From: the human T2T-CHM13v2.0 reference genome, Homo sapiens
Assembly (NCBI RefSeq): GCF_009914755.1
Contig: NC_060930.1
Length of the DNA: 64,000 nucleotides
Direction: 5' to 3' (one strand)
Shown: positions 1-23,420 of the stretch, piece after piece
Position numbering within the stretch: the first letter of the stretch is position 1
Layout of the letters: every line of letters begins with the position of its first letter
Notes under the pieces: model-generated
Seen by the model: the letters and a program-made list of their open reading frames with translations, nothing else
The model's database searches: none
What the model was told of the DNA's origin: nothing
Program-made: the position numbers and the translations under genes

Positions 1-1295
1 GCTAGAGATCCAAAGACAAAATTGCCATCTGTGTTTATAAAATGCTAGAATAAGGAGGAATTGTGTATTACCCCAGGGATTCATGGCAATCTGGAAAGAC
101 AACTTTGGTCTCTGTTGGAGCAAGTGATACGAGATAACAGAAGTAAAGGAAAAGCAAACTGAGGAGTCAGGTATCTAGTATTTAAGACAGAAGGAAGAGA
201 TTTTATTACAAACATGTTTAGGAGACCTTAGCCATAGACATAAGTCAGCAATACTGGTTAGATCCTCTTTTTTCTTTGTGGCTTGTTTAGATACAGAAGT
301 CAGGAGAAGATGAGGTAATGTGACCCTAAGCCACACGACCAACAAAAGTGTTTGTGGGCATAGGGGCCAAGAAACTGCACTCTGATCTTTCAGTCAGAAC
401 AATGGTTCACAGCTGGACAGATGAGCCCCATGCACTACTCACTGATGCCATGACAGGAAACAGCAGCACATTGTTCCAAGTTCTTCAGGGGTGTGGTGAA
501 ATCCACAGGATGTCCTCCTTGCAACCCCTAGTACTACCATAACCCAGATTCTGAAAACTGTAACTTTTATGAGTATTATTATTACTGCATAGGGACATTG
601 CTGTCCCCTGTCCTTTTCAGTATTTTCTATGCTGCCAAGATAAATCATCTATGTCCTTTCATAATGCCATTCAAAGCCAGTTGTTCTTACTGGGTCGATA
701 GCATAGAATAATGGAGCACTCATGATAATGGGTGATGGAATCTATCCATGACCTAATTTGTATTGTAGAACAGTGGTGCGACATGTATATCCTGTATGTA
801 GGCTACGCAGATATTATTTATAAAGGTATAGAATCATATTACGCCCATGTATAAAACACTGTATATAGCAAACAAAGGGGGATAGAGAAGCGTATAATCC
901 ATGACTCTTGACCTAGAGAGGCTTGCCATCTCTTTGGGCAAATCAAAACAGATCACATACATGAAATAGACAAATAACAATAGAGGACAACGAGTTTTTG
1001 CAGGGGATGGTAAGAATATGGCTAATTACATAAAATATTTCTATTTTCAATAGTATTCATAGTTTGATGTTAGAAAATGCTTTCAGATACCAATATATGT
1101 AAATGCATCAATGTATGTTTGGCTTCATAAGGTTCAGCAGAGTTCAATGGGAAATTGCCTGGTATGGATCTATTTTCAAATAAGGAAGTTTCAATCTTTT
1201 AGAACTTCCTCAGTGTGGCTTCTAGGGAGGCGGCGAAAGGCAGGAGAAAGGGGAGACATTGCTAAACAATAACCCACCTCTGCCACGTAGGTGTT

Positions 1296-1345
1296 TCTAC
1301 TTTCTCTGAAATAATAGACATCTCCTTTCTCTGAAATAATAGATA
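1296..1345. repeat. 25-bp tandem duplication
   Basis: tctactttctctgaaataatagaca / tctcctttctctgaaataatagata (23/25 identical). Confidence 0.85.
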
Positions 1346-1759
1346 AACCAAGAATAAGCATTCTAATGAACCAATAAATCATCCAAGACAGTCTCCTTAT
1401 TTGCAAAACAGAGGTGATGAGGGTGAACAGGGGAAACAGTTTCCCTAGGCTCATAAGGTTAATGGCAGCAAAGAAACGACAACCCACACCTCCTAGACAA
1501 CATAGTGCCTATTTTTAGACTTAGTATTTGGTAATATATTATCTCTCATTGCTTTCTAATTGTTTCCTAAGAAATGTTTGCCATCTTCAACTGTAATATC
1601 TTTGTAGTCAAAGCATCCTTACTTGCTTCATAGAACCCTATACAACATGGATCTCTGGGAGCTCAGTCAATTCTTGTTAGCTAATTGATCAGTTAATTTA
1701 CATTTTCATTCAGGGTAGGGAGTTTTGCTGAAGGGCCCAAGGAGAAGAGCAGTGAGGAG

Positions 1760-2035
1760 CCTACTGAAAAAGCAGGTGAAGGTGGTGAATTGGGCCCGGT
1801 AGTGGGAAGCAAAGTGGAGAGAAGTGGTTTGATGGTGAAGACATGTTGAGTGAAGGTTGAGATTTGCTGACAGAATTGTCAAGAATAACTGTAATCTGAG
1901 CAACTGGAAAGATGGTGTCACCATTGACTGAGACAGAGGAAGACTTCAGGAAAAAAAGATTAGGGAAAGTCCAAGAGGCTGATTTTGGATAAATTAAGTC
2001 TGAGATATCTGATGGTGGTCCAACTACAGATGTCA
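1760..2035. mobile_element. Degenerate LINE-2 fragment
   Basis: L2-like motifs ctgagcaactggaaagatggtgtcaccattgactgaga and ttttggataaattaagtctgagatatct. Confidence 0.55.
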
Positions 2036-3239
2036 TTTTGTCATTGTGTTTTATTAGTAAAATTCAGGATACTACTTATGCTTAGATCATTTATATAAGG
2101 ATTTCTAGGAAGATATTTTGTTGAGCTCTCAAAACAAGTTAAAACTCTGCAACAAGGTACACTAATATTTTGGGTTTTTAATTGTGACAGTACATAAATG
2201 TCAAGGTTAAAGCTTAAACTGTGTTAGTATTCACAGCAAGAAATAACAATTTACAAATCTTGATTTATTTTTATGCTGTGCTTGAATCTCAAAGCTGTGT
2301 TTAAGAGCTTCTTATATGATTACAATCTTTATGAAACATGTTTATATTTGCATTTCATTCTGGAGTCAAGTTCAGCAAATATTTCTCTTTTTTAGGTCTA
2401 AGGAAGGCAGGAGGTTTATTTAACTTTTCTATTTGAATTAATTCATAAAACTTATTTATGTTTTATGCAGCAAAATTCTTATACTTTTATCTTTAGCAGT
2501 GTTTATCTATATTATCTATGATGTATACATTCATGTATACCTACCTTGGTCTTCGGTTTTAATCTCTATATTTCTGTGAAATTGGCTTCAATGTTATTGA
2601 AGAACAATAAACTTTCACTTCATGTATTATTCTTATCCATTTGAGATCCTTGAATATCAAATGAATTCCATAATCTTCTAACAAATATGCAGACACATCT
2701 ATGAAAATTAGTGTGAGGAAGGAGAATTAACCTTTCCATACTATTGATAGCTACTGTTTCTGTCACTCCTTTTTACCTCTTCTAATTGGGTCACTTCTAG
2801 TGGTTTGGAAAGTTTTGATATTGCTATTAGTTTCCATAGAAACCATTATTGAACTTAATCCCAGATGTCACTATTTAAATAAAGAGTTTATGTGCACTAG
2901 ATTGCCAGTTTGAATATTAAAGGTCCCAAACCCAGGCTGAGTAGTTTAGGAATCACTGTGGCTAATTAAAAAGTATTTCATGTAAAGTACACATCACTGC
3001 TTAATTACTTGAGTATATCAAGGGATTGGAGGTGTGTTAGAAAAGCACTAACTGAAACATCAAAACATAACTTCTAAAAAATTAATCATTGTAGGACAGT
3101 GGAAAGAGCTGTAAAGCAAATCAGAGTCACTCTCTTCCAGTAAATGTCTTAGCTGCTTAAAAGATTTGTATCATGTTTGCAATGGCATAGTGCTTTTTCA
3201 TTCCTGATGAGACTTATTAGAAATTCCATAGAAGCTGAT

Positions 3240-3400
3240 AGGGTGTAGCATTTTGAAGCACTATCACTGGGTCCAATACCAGTTCAGTTATGTATCAGCC
3301 GCACGACTTGCATGACCTCACTTAACCTCAGAACCTCAGTTTTGGTAACATGACAACAATATCCACCTCACACAGAACTCTGCATGAATTAAATGAAATA
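3240..3400 (+). mobile_element. MIR SINE fragment
   Basis: MIR core-like cacttaacctcagaacctcagttt...cctcacacag...gaattaaatgaaataa. Confidence 0.6.
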
Positions 3401-4157
3401 ACACAAATGAACTACTTTACAATAAAATAATACAAGTGAAATACTTTGCAAACTGAAAATACTTAACATAAATGTAAAATGTTACTACTAGTGTCATGTC
3501 TTATTAGAAAACAGGGCATGACATAGATCATTTCATAAAAATTATATATTTTGTAATTGTAAGTTTAACTTAACTACATCCCAGGATGTGGAAACTAGAA
3601 AAAACAAGACAACAATCTTTAATCAATCACCCTTACATAGTTAGTGCCAATATAGATATTTTCTCTTATATTTTCCCATGCAGTCTTTTATAATTTTTTT
3701 CTGATGATGAAAGTAATACGTGCTTAATATGCTATTGCATGCACTTGGAAATATACAGAAGCATTAGAAAGCTGAAGAGAATTAAGAATTTGCTCTTATC
3801 TAAACATCATTAGTCACTGTTAAAATTTTGGCATGTTTTCATCTTTCTCTATATAGTTTTAAATTATGTATTAATATTATTTTATATATTGCTGTATTAA
3901 AAGAAATGTTTTATACATTGATACATTTGTCTTTGTCGTTAAATTCTTTTATTCTTAATGGCTGCTTAACATTTTGCATTCACATAAGCTATAATTTAGG
4001 CATTTCATTCTTTCTATTTAGGCTGTTTTTGCTTATTCACAATTTTCAAAAATGTTGCAGTGATATAATAAAAAAATTTTCATTCTAAACTTTCTTTTTT
4101 TACATTTGGATAATTTTCTTAAGTTGTATTTCTAGAAGTTAAATTTCTAGAAGTTTA

Positions 4158-4484
<327 letters not shown>

Positions 4485-5574
4485 TTAAGCTTTTGAAAAG
4501 GAGTTCCAAAAGGCAGCTCCTACTAACGCTGCTTGAAACTCTATGCATTCTTTTCATTTTATTTTGCATAATTATCATCACAGTGTGCATACAATTCTCT
4601 ATCTTATTTCACTCAGGATTATATTTTACATAGTTTTGATGTTGCTTCATGGTCTTTATAACCACCATTTTAAAAGCTCCATAATATTCTAACCAGTTAA
4701 AATACTATAACTACTGGCCATTCTTATGTTGTCAGTCATTTAGACGACTTTTAATTTTCCTTCTTACATAAAAAAAAAAGCACTGAATATGATACACAGA
4801 TTTTTCACAGTTGTTGTTACTGTTTTGGGATTGTTCCTTTACAGTAGATTCCTAAATATAATTATTAGTAATAACTTGATAAATTTGGGGTCCCTTAAAA
4901 ATATAAACTGCATTTTCTTGCAATATGGCAATATTTGCATACTTAATATTTGCTCCGGCTAGCAGTATATTAACTGTATGAGTTCATGGGGTTTATTCTG
5001 TCCTTATCAGCCTTTTTCACACCTCAGTGAAGTTATAGCCATTATTTTATTTTCTCTCCATATTCTTTGTACCAATTGAGAACAGATGGACACAATGACT
5101 TTTAAAATTAGTCTATATTACATTTGGCTATTTTAGAAGACATAATGAAAGAATCTGGCTGGTATCTAATTCTCACCAACAGCTCAGGACTGGTAAGATG
5201 ATGATAGCTAGTCTAGTGAAAACATTTTAAGACTTTGAAGCAAGGGGACTCTTACTCCAATAGTTTGGAGGCTGCCATTCACAATTTTAGACTGATACTA
5301 ATTTTCATAATATATTTGCCTTATTAGGTTTCAAATTTTATGGACTCCACTTGGAATTAACTTATTTTATAAGGCCAGATAAGATCAGTCCATTAGAGTT
5401 TGATCCAGATTAAGATGTTCCATAAACTGAGATGGGTTCCAGTTTACTTCAGCCCATTAGGTCCTTTGGTAATAACTTCTCTTTATCTTGGGAAGTTTGA
5501 CCCAAATGTCAATATGCACTCCTGAAGAATATCATTTGCTTTCAACCCAGAAGTTGGTATTATTAGTTGGGGTT

Positions 5575-6063
5575 TGTGGAAGACATTACATTTCTTCACC
5601 CCTTTTTGTATCCATGCTCTTTGAAATATGGCTTTGTAGCATCTCTCCTCGAGAGGTAGAGTTTTGTTCCCTACCTGTTGAATCTGAATTGACCTTACCA
5701 TTTATTAACTCTAAGTTTAGGCCTTAAGAGACTTGACCTACTCTCATTTTCTTTCCTGGAACCTTACCTTAGCCATATGAATAAGCTTGAATTTATCTGG
5801 TAGAAGATGAGAAATAACATGGATCAGAAACAGGATGACCTCTCAGTTGAGAATGTCCTAGATCAGCCAGTCCCTGGCCAACCCACCACCTGACAGTTGA
5901 CGCCTGAGTGAGCCAAGCTGAGATGAGTTATGTCCAACTCAGAGCAGCAGAACTTCCTAGTTGACTCCTAGATTCATGAACTAAATAAATTATTATTGTT
6001 TTAAACCACTAAGCCCTGGGATGGTTTGTTATGCGGCTTTTTTGGGGCAATTGATAACTGATA
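5575..6063 (+). mobile_element. MLT1-family (MaLR) LTR
   Basis: Starts tgtgg; ends ttttaaaccactaag...ggtttgttatgcggc...gataactgata, typical MLT1 3' terminus. Confidence 0.65.
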
Positions 6064-6604
6064 AAGGTATTCATAGCTTTGTAATCCATGGAGCAATAGT
6101 TGGTTTAATTAAATTATGGGACATAATTCCTCAACCCAATAGTAGAATGCTCAGTCTTTTCCCATCATAAGAAGAATGGTGCAATATTGCACCCAGGATC
6201 TCGTCGAGCAAAGCCAAAAAGTTTTATAGATCCTGCAATCAAAAGAATTTTAAAGCCCCCTTGATCCTAGGCAGTTAAACTATTCCACTTAGGAAATCTG
6301 CTGTGCATACAGGAAGTGCTGAAAAAATGAGGTACAGTTATAGCTTAGTCAAACAAATACTCTCAAAATAAAACAGTCATATGTTCTCATACAGTGCTGT
6401 TATAAGTTGCTTTATGGGAATAGGTTTTACAAGTCTTAGAAGTGTTTATATATCTTAGTTGGAAGAATGAAAGTGAACTGACTGTGTGTCTCATCTGGAC
6501 CTTATAATTTCTCAGACAAATCTGATTATCACACAGATGAAGCTCTGAGAGTAACTATTCAATAGGCACAATATTGGCCTACCTATCTCTTATTAACACT
6601 TTTG

Positions 6605-7736
<1,132 letters not shown>

Positions 7737-8744
7737 TGTGTTCTATTTTCCTAACTCCACAAATGCAAGTTTGATTGTTTCTGTAGTATTTGGATATAAT
7801 TCACAAGTTAGTGATTTGAGACTGATCAACTTGTTGAATATCCTGACGAATTACAACAGCTGAAAGTTGACTCACTCTTTGGTATGAGCCAACGCTGCCA
7901 GCTTGCTTGGTAATTCCTACAGATCTGATGCCCAACATAGGGTGGACTGGTTCCCACACAGACCAGGCATGTCTTAAAGAGCCTAGTTAAGTTCTTTAAT
8001 CCATGTCATTTTTAATATTGGATGGAATCAGAGAAACATGCACATGTTCTGTCATCCAAAAATTATAAAGATTGATGCAGGGGCATGAGTTATTGGTTCT
8101 TTTACCTTATATTCATCTTGATTTGTTTCCCAAAAGCTCAAATAATTTTTAGTAGCAGATACAGACTTGAGGTATAAAAATGGAAATTATCTGAGGCATC
8201 TAATGGCATCGAGAGAGTAAACAGTTACTATTTTATCTTTTATATGCAAGTGAATTTTATTTTTACTATGCCTGCAAACCAGTTACCTAGAGATTGACCT
8301 AAGTTTCATATACTTTAGTTATTACTAGAATTTGGTTATAACTATTAATAAGTTCTTTAATTAGATCAGTTTTCTTCTTATTGAATAAAATATGTATTTC
8401 TGAAGTTGAATGGTCTGTCATGTGGTTCAGCTTGCCTTCCAAACAAGTTTGAAGTGAGTGTTTTCAATGATTAAAATCTATGACTGTTCATAAATATTTC
8501 ACCCTGGATGAGTATCTATTTAGGTTAGTATCTATTTAGATTGTTTCTATGGCATTTTCCCATGTCGTCTAAAAGTGTCGCTTCTCATCAGGAGAATAGT
8601 TTTGTATTTCACGCCTTGTATACATTTGCTGCTGGGAAAATTCATATAAAATAAAGTCATATTTTCAGCCATCATAAAAAGTAACAGTTGTTCAGGATGG
8701 GTGTGACCCATTATACTTGGGGTCTGGCCCATTTACTCTTTTCT

Positions 8745-9650
<906 letters not shown>

Positions 9651-10198
9651 TTTAATTCACCTGTTGGTCTTATTCACTATGGAGATATATGATTGGGAAA
9701 ATAGCATCACAAAGGGATTGAACACTGAGAAGGCTTGTTAAAGTTCAAATACCAGTGAGACTTCTGAACTGCTTCTTGAAGAGTGTATTCCATCATTCCA
9801 TTTTTTTTTTATTTGCAGATGGCAGTTAAGGTGAAGGGGTTATTTTATGTTCATATTATGAGCCAAGTCTTGGGTCATAATAGCTATAAAACATGATTTC
9901 TAATTAGCTAGATTTCTTATTAGCTACTATGGAATCAAGGTTGTCGTATCTCTGAACAATTTCCTGAGTATGTTCCCTAGTGATTAATTCTCCAGTGACT
10001 GCGTTTCCGAAAAACTAGCCTCTTACCCAAAGTTAAAATATTCATTTGTGCCCTAATGACTGGGAGATTGCCTTGTATAATCAACCCACAAGTTATATTT
10101 ATGGTATAGTTCCCATGTCTCTAGGCCACAGTAATGCACTGGGGAGTTATATTTTATATCCAAGAGCTATTTGTCAAACTTCACACCAATGAGCTGTG

Positions 10199-10535
<337 letters not shown>

Positions 10536-10614
10536 TTAATACTATTATGCAATCCATTTGGCTAAATTAATAGCTTAAGCCTTTGAATGATGTAAATAAA
10601 AATCTGGTCCTTCA

Positions 10615-10815
10615 GAGCTGTAGTTCTCAAGCATGGCTTATTAAGACCATCGGGAAAGCTTTTACACAAAACTTTCCTATATTAATCTGGGTCCTACGCC
10701 ATACAAATAGAATCAGAATCTTTGGAGTGAGGCCAAGCATTTATTTTAAGGACAAGAAGAAATTCATACTTAAAATTTATGAGCCATTTAAATTTTCAAA
10801 ATTCAGAACCATCTG
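10615..10815. mobile_element. MER5-like hAT-Charlie relic
   Basis: gtagttctcaa...gaatcagaatctttggagtgaggccaagcatttattttaa...cagaacca. Confidence 0.55.
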
Positions 10816-11030
10816 TCACTGTCCAAGTTGAGAGCCTGCTAAGGTTTTGGCCCTGGCTGTGGCATCTGAGATAGCTAATGAGATTTTAGTAATTCATGAT
10901 CTGAATCAGTCTCTTTTGTTTATTTATTTATTGGTAGGCTTGTTTTGCATTTGAAGTATTGGCATTCCGAAACCAGTAAGTCATAACCAAATACTGTATG
11001 CCTCCCTGTCCAGATTGGGTAATTCTTAGA

Positions 11031-11543
11031 TGTATTAATTTTGTATTGCTGTCATAACAAATTACCACAGACTCAGTGGCTTGAAGCAACACAAATTTAT
11101 TATGTTACAATTCTGTAGGTTAGAAGCCTATGACGTAACCTCTAAGACCCTGACAAGAGTCTCCCTGGGGTAACATTAGAGGGTCAGCAGGCCTGCATTC
11201 CTTATGAAGACCCTAGGAGAGAATGTTCCCTTGCTTTTTCTGGCTTTTAGAGGCCACTCACGTGTCTTGGCTCATGGCCCCCTTCCTTCATATCCAAAGC
11301 CAGGAACTTTACATCTATCTGACTTTTCTTCCTCAACCACACCTCTCTCTGGACGTGACCAGGGAAATTTCTCCACTGTTAAGGATTCATGTGATTGAGA
11401 CCTAGGTAACCCAGGATAATCTCTCCATCTCAAGGGACAATTAGTCACATTCGCAAAGTCTCTTTTACCATGGAAATGAATTTATTCACAAGTTCAGTGA
11501 TTAGGACGTGGCATCTTTGTGGGACTGTTACGTTGTCTACCAC
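11031..11543 (-). mobile_element. MLT1C/D-like MaLR LTR
   Basis: TG...CA ends: tgtattaattt...gctgtcataacaaattaccacagactcagtggcttgaagcaacac...ctaccaca. Confidence 0.8.
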
Positions 11544-11805
11544 ACTAGGTGTCAAGACAGCACGGCATCAGCCTCTCTAAGTCCCTACCGGCTGATTCTT
11601 TAGTGCCTTCTACTGCTGCAGGCTGATTCTGTAGGATATAAGTCTTTGGAAACAGATTCGAAAAGTCATTTGTATTGTGTTCCTGTGAAAGGTAAAACAT
11701 CCAGGCAGTTGACGACATATATTTCTTGCATCCACTCTCAGGGAAGTCTCTTATTTCGCATCATCATCCTCCTTGGCGTCCTCTGACGGAGCATGCTCCT
11801 CTGAT

Positions 11806-11874
11806 TGGGGACTGTCTTTTTGAGGGCCGGGGGACTGTCTTTTTGAGGGCCTGGGGACTGTCTTTTTGAGGGCC
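11806..11874. repeat. Minisatellite: 3 x 23-bp unit (t/g)ggggactgtctttttgagggcc
   Basis: Three head-to-tail copies at 11806, 11829 and 11852, identical over 22 nt; degenerate fourth start aggcggctgtct. Confidence 0.95.
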
Positions 11875-12612
11875 AGGCGGCTGTCTGCCTCTACTACCTG
11901 ACCCTAAAATGTTGAAGGCCCAAGGTCCATTTCAGATATTTGATGCTCACAGTCTCTTTTAGTCTAGGCTGCCAGCTTTTTAATTTTTCTAAGAAAAATC
12001 TTATTTTAAATGTAGTTTCCTTTTTAACTAGTTTATCAGGCACAACCTGCGTTAATAGCCATGCCTACAATTCTTGTTAGACAAGCCTCGCCTTCCAGAC
12101 TTACTTTGAGGTACATTGAACCTAACAGACTCCTAGTGAAAAGCCACAGTCTTAGTCTCTTGTTTCTTAGCCATTTCCTTCATCTGAAAGATTTATGTGT
12201 GCCAAATTATTATTTTCAGAGATTTTTAACAAAAGAATATGAGTCTTGATATGGTTCTTGCCATTAATCTGAGTTTTCATGGGTCTTTTGTGGTACAAAG
12301 ACCTTGTCAGCTTGCTCTTTAAGAGTTCGAAATAAAAATCCATTTCACTTTTATCTTTGCACATTTAATTTTTCTACTTCCTTGCCTAAACATGTAAGCT
12401 CAGTTGATAAAACTGCTGCCTTCCAAGTTATTGCAGGTGACAATACTAATGAGTGTTTTGCCATTGCATAATAATGGAATAATTATGTCCTTTTAGACCC
12501 TGGTCACAGTTTCTTTGCAAATTGCTTCCTGTATCTATATGCCTTGTATTTTATGTTTCATTGTTGGTTTCGTTGTGTTATAGGAACCCCCCTACTTTTT
12601 GGTACCAATTTC

Positions 12613-12990
12613 TGTATTTGTCAGGATAGGCTAGATATACTGTGACAAGAAATTAAAAATAGTTTAATGCCTTATAACAATAAATAATTATTTCTCATTC
12701 ATGCAACATGTTCATTATATGTTAGTTAAAACTCCCTTATGTTTTCTGGAAGCCAAACTATAGAACAGCTTCTATCTGGAACATTGATAGTTGCAGCATA
12801 AAGAACAAAACATAGCCAATGTGAACTTAGTTTAAAACTTCCACTAAAAGTTATATGTGTCACTTCCACTCACATTTCATTGACCAAAGCAAGTTTTGTA
12901 GTCAAGCCAGTTATTAATGGAGAGAGGAAATATAACCCATCTCAGGGGAAGGGTATCTAATATATGGGAACAATCTTCAATCTATCAAAC
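12613..12990 (-). mobile_element. MLT1J/K-like MaLR LTR
   Basis: tgtatttgtcaggataggctag...cacttccactcacatttcattgaccaaagcaag. Confidence 0.6.
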
Positions 12991-13071
12991 TAATAAACCA
13001 GGCTTAGTACTATAGCCATTTATTCATAAGAGGGCAAATCTTATGGTTGGAATCTTTAAAATTTTAAACTT

Positions 13072-19953
<6,882 letters not shown>

Positions 19954-21223
19954 TAGAATTTTAAACTTAATTAAAATTTTAACTGTCAAAATTACTGCGT
20001 TAAAATGCCTTGAGAAATTTTTACCAAAGATGAAGAGAAATTTCCTCCTTCTCTATCAAGACTCCAGTAAATTAATTATAGGTACTTTATATTAAGGCAG
20101 TGAATGAAATATTCCGAGCTCCAAGACAGAGTGACATTTGTTGGAAGAGCTTGTCAACAAAATATCTTTATTTTCTAATCAAAGTAAGATTAAGCAATAA
20201 TCAGGCATTACTGTCCTGAGTTTCATGTTTCCACTAGTGAAGTCTTCTTCTCTGTTTAAAGGTTTTGAGTAGGACTGGAGCTTATTTTCATCATAAGAGG
20301 GACAAAAAGAAAGGAGTTTATACATAGTCCACCCAATATAATGAACTTCTTTCTACAGAGGGATACCAGCTTCCAGATCTATCCTGAGATAAGTGACACG
20401 GATGAGCAGTTGTAGAATTTCCTTTCTTGCATGGGTGTGAGAAACCAATATCATCTTTTCTAACAAGAGATTGTTCTTGCAAAAGAACAAGCATGTACAA
20501 GTTATTATGATATAGTACAAAGATTGTTGAACACCTCAAGTCCATATTTCATCCATTTGAAATGGATTTATTTACACCTTACCCTAGGAATAAAATGGCC
20601 TCAGCCTGGCTGTACCATGCTCTCTTAGTGACAGTTTTCCAAGTCTACATGTGCAGAGGTTAAGGAAACATTGTTATGTAGCAAACGGCTAGGAATCCCA
20701 CATTCTCTGATCCAACATTCTTCACAAAATTGTCCAGGGGTCCTTGGAACACTATTATTAGGCATTATACTTTTCAAATCCTTAAATTAATCTGTGAAGA
20801 TTTCTGTCACATTTTAATTTATATCTTTTTATATATCACTGAAGCTGAATATTTTCTCAGCTTTTATAATTTTATCTTCTGTGAGTTTCTTTGCTTATGT
20901 CTTTTGTCAGAGTGCCTTTTCTTGAAATTAAAATTGATTTTATTTTAAATTTCTTATTATAAAACATCCACTTCCTTATATTTAAACCCTTAAGTCATAT
21001 AGAAAATTAGTTTTGGCCTTTGAGTTTTTAAAACCATGTCCTTAGCGCCAGGTTTGGTTTGTAAGTAAGCACACATTTAGTTATTAGAACATAAGTGTTG
21101 GACTCTAAAATGAAGTGAATAAGTCAGAGAAGTGGTCATAAGCCTATTGGAATTGACTTAATTGAAAACAAAAATAGAAACAAAAGTTAGATTGTGTTTG
21201 AGGACATGCTTATAAATCACAGT

Positions 21224-21674
21224 TTTTCACAATAGCAACGATGTGGAATCAACCTAAATGCCCATTAAAGATAGATTGCATAAAGAAAATGTGGTACATA
21301 TACACCATGGAATACTATGCAGCCATAAAAAAGAATGAGGTTATGGCCTTTGCAGGGACACGGATGGAGCTGGAGGCCATTATCCTTGGCGAACTGACAC
21401 AGGAATAGAAAACCAAATACCACATGTTCTCACTCATAAGTGGGAGCTAAATGATGAGAACACATGGACACATCGAGGGAAACAACACACACTGGGAACT
21501 TTTGAGGGGCAGAGGGTGAAAGGAGGGAGAGGATCAGGGAAAATAACTAATGGGCACTAGGCTTAATACCTGGCTGGTGAAATAATCTGTACAATAAACC
21601 CCCAGAACACAAGTTTACTTATGTAAGAAACCTGCACTTGTACTCCTGAACTTAAAAGTTAAAAAAAAATAAAA
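21224..21674 (+). mobile_element. Older L1PA 3' end fragment, sense to GRM1
   Basis: ttcacaatagc...caacctaaatgccc...gttctcactcataagtgggagctaaatgatgagaacac...cttaaaagttaaaaaaaaa. Confidence 0.85.
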
Positions 21675-22009
21675 GTGATATGAATAAATAATAGTAAAAT
21701 TAATAAGTAGAAAGTAAATCAAAATATAAATATACTGTGCAGCAATCTCACTGTTGCATGGCATAGCCCACATTAGCTAACAACATTGTAAAAAACTTTA
21801 CTGAAGACTATTTATTTAACCAAAAGTTTATATTTATATGCCTGGATGTGTTTTATGCATTAATACATAGCTGTTTTCCAAAATATACTTAAGGCAATAT
21901 ACAAAAATCCTGACAATATGACTAGGGGTTGTTGAGTGAACAGAAAATAAGAATACCAGGAAGTTAGCTGTGGTATAATATAAGGTTCCCAATATGTGCC
22001 TTGATTTTC

Positions 22010-22310
22010 TTTAAATAAACTTTTAATTTTAGAAAAGTTTTAAAGATTTACAGGAAAATTGTGAAAATAGAATAGAGTTTCTATATACTCCACAATCAGT
22101 TTCCCTGACTGTAATATGTAACATTAGTATGTTAGATTTATCACAATCAGTGAACCAGTTTTGATACGTTATTAACTAAAGTCCATCTGCTATTCATAGT
22201 TTCTTAATTTTTATCTAATGCCTTTTTTTCTGTCCCAGGATGCCATCCAAAGGATACCACTTTGCATTTAGTCATCATATCACCATAGGTCTCTTGGCTG
22301 TGATTCTTAT
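22010..22310 (-). mobile_element. L1MB/L1MC 3' end fragment
   Basis: ttttagaaaagttttaaagatttacaggaaaattg...ttattaactaaagtcca...tcccaggatgccatcc. Confidence 0.6.
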
Positions 22311-23358
22311 GACTTTTTAAAATATGGAAAGTTTGTATAATAAGGGTTACGTAAAATCAGATAAATTCAAGGTTGTGTTTAGAGACAAAATAGGTGTTAT
22401 GAAATTATGTTCTGTCTCTAGAGGTGGGCAACAAATATGACCCTGAACCCCCAATGTCCAAAAGAAACAAATACACCAGTTGTTTACAGTGCTTCACAGA
22501 AATGAAACTCTTCCTGATAGTGAGTCCTGAGATAACCTCCTCATACAGCCTTCAATAAGAGACCACTTTGTAGTGTCCTAAGCATTTTCCGTAACATACT
22601 TTTATGTAAAGTAAAAAATGGCTTACAAAGGCTATTTTCTATAGCATCTTTGAGGTTAGCCAAGGTCGTAATGACTAAGTGTATTTCAGGTGTGGGGAGG
22701 AAGGATCAAAGTGGAGTCAAGGCCTGAAGCTATGCAAGTTCCTCAGAGGTCTGGGAAACTTCCCTTAAATAATAGGTAGCTGATCCTACAGGGCTCTTCT
22801 CCAGGCTTCCGGAAAAGACTGTCCAACTCAGTCATCGCCATGTCTATTTCACAATACACCCACTGAGTCCACCTCACCCCCCACTTTCCCTAGTTTCTTC
22901 TTTGATGCAATACAAGCAAATGACTTTTAAACCTAGCTATTTGAAGAGAGATTTCGATGGGCGATTTAGGGTCAGTGGACATAAGGTCAGGTAGTTGTTG
23001 AGGCTGGTGGGACTATAAGGGACTGGATTTCCACAGGCAAGGATGTGAGGCGCCCCACAGATTGTAGGATAGCTGCCTGCTCTGTTTTTTCCTACATCAC
23101 AATTTATTTGGTCAGGGGCAGCTGCTCATAAAAATGAAACATATTTTCTTTAGCCACATCTGTCTATAGTGCACGGTTGCCAAAAGTTTGAAGCTACCTT
23201 TTCTATGCATTTCTAATATGCCAGAAACCAGATGGGATTTTCTGTAATTGCAATCATTTATATTGTTCTCTAGATTTAGAATTCCTATGTGAACAGGATT
23301 GTCAATTAAACCATCTCTGCAATTAAAATAAAAGTGATACCCACTACGCCTAAGCCCA

Positions 23359-23420
23359 TACACACACACACATATACACACTGACAAAAGACATACACAT
23401 AAAGACACACTGACACAACA
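23359..23420. repeat. CA-rich simple repeat
   Basis: tacacacacacacatatacaca... Confidence 0.7.

Noticed and set aside
11806-11874. CRISPR-like 23-bp repeats
   Set aside because: Head-to-tail with no spacers, no cas genes, eukaryotic context; it is a minisatellite.
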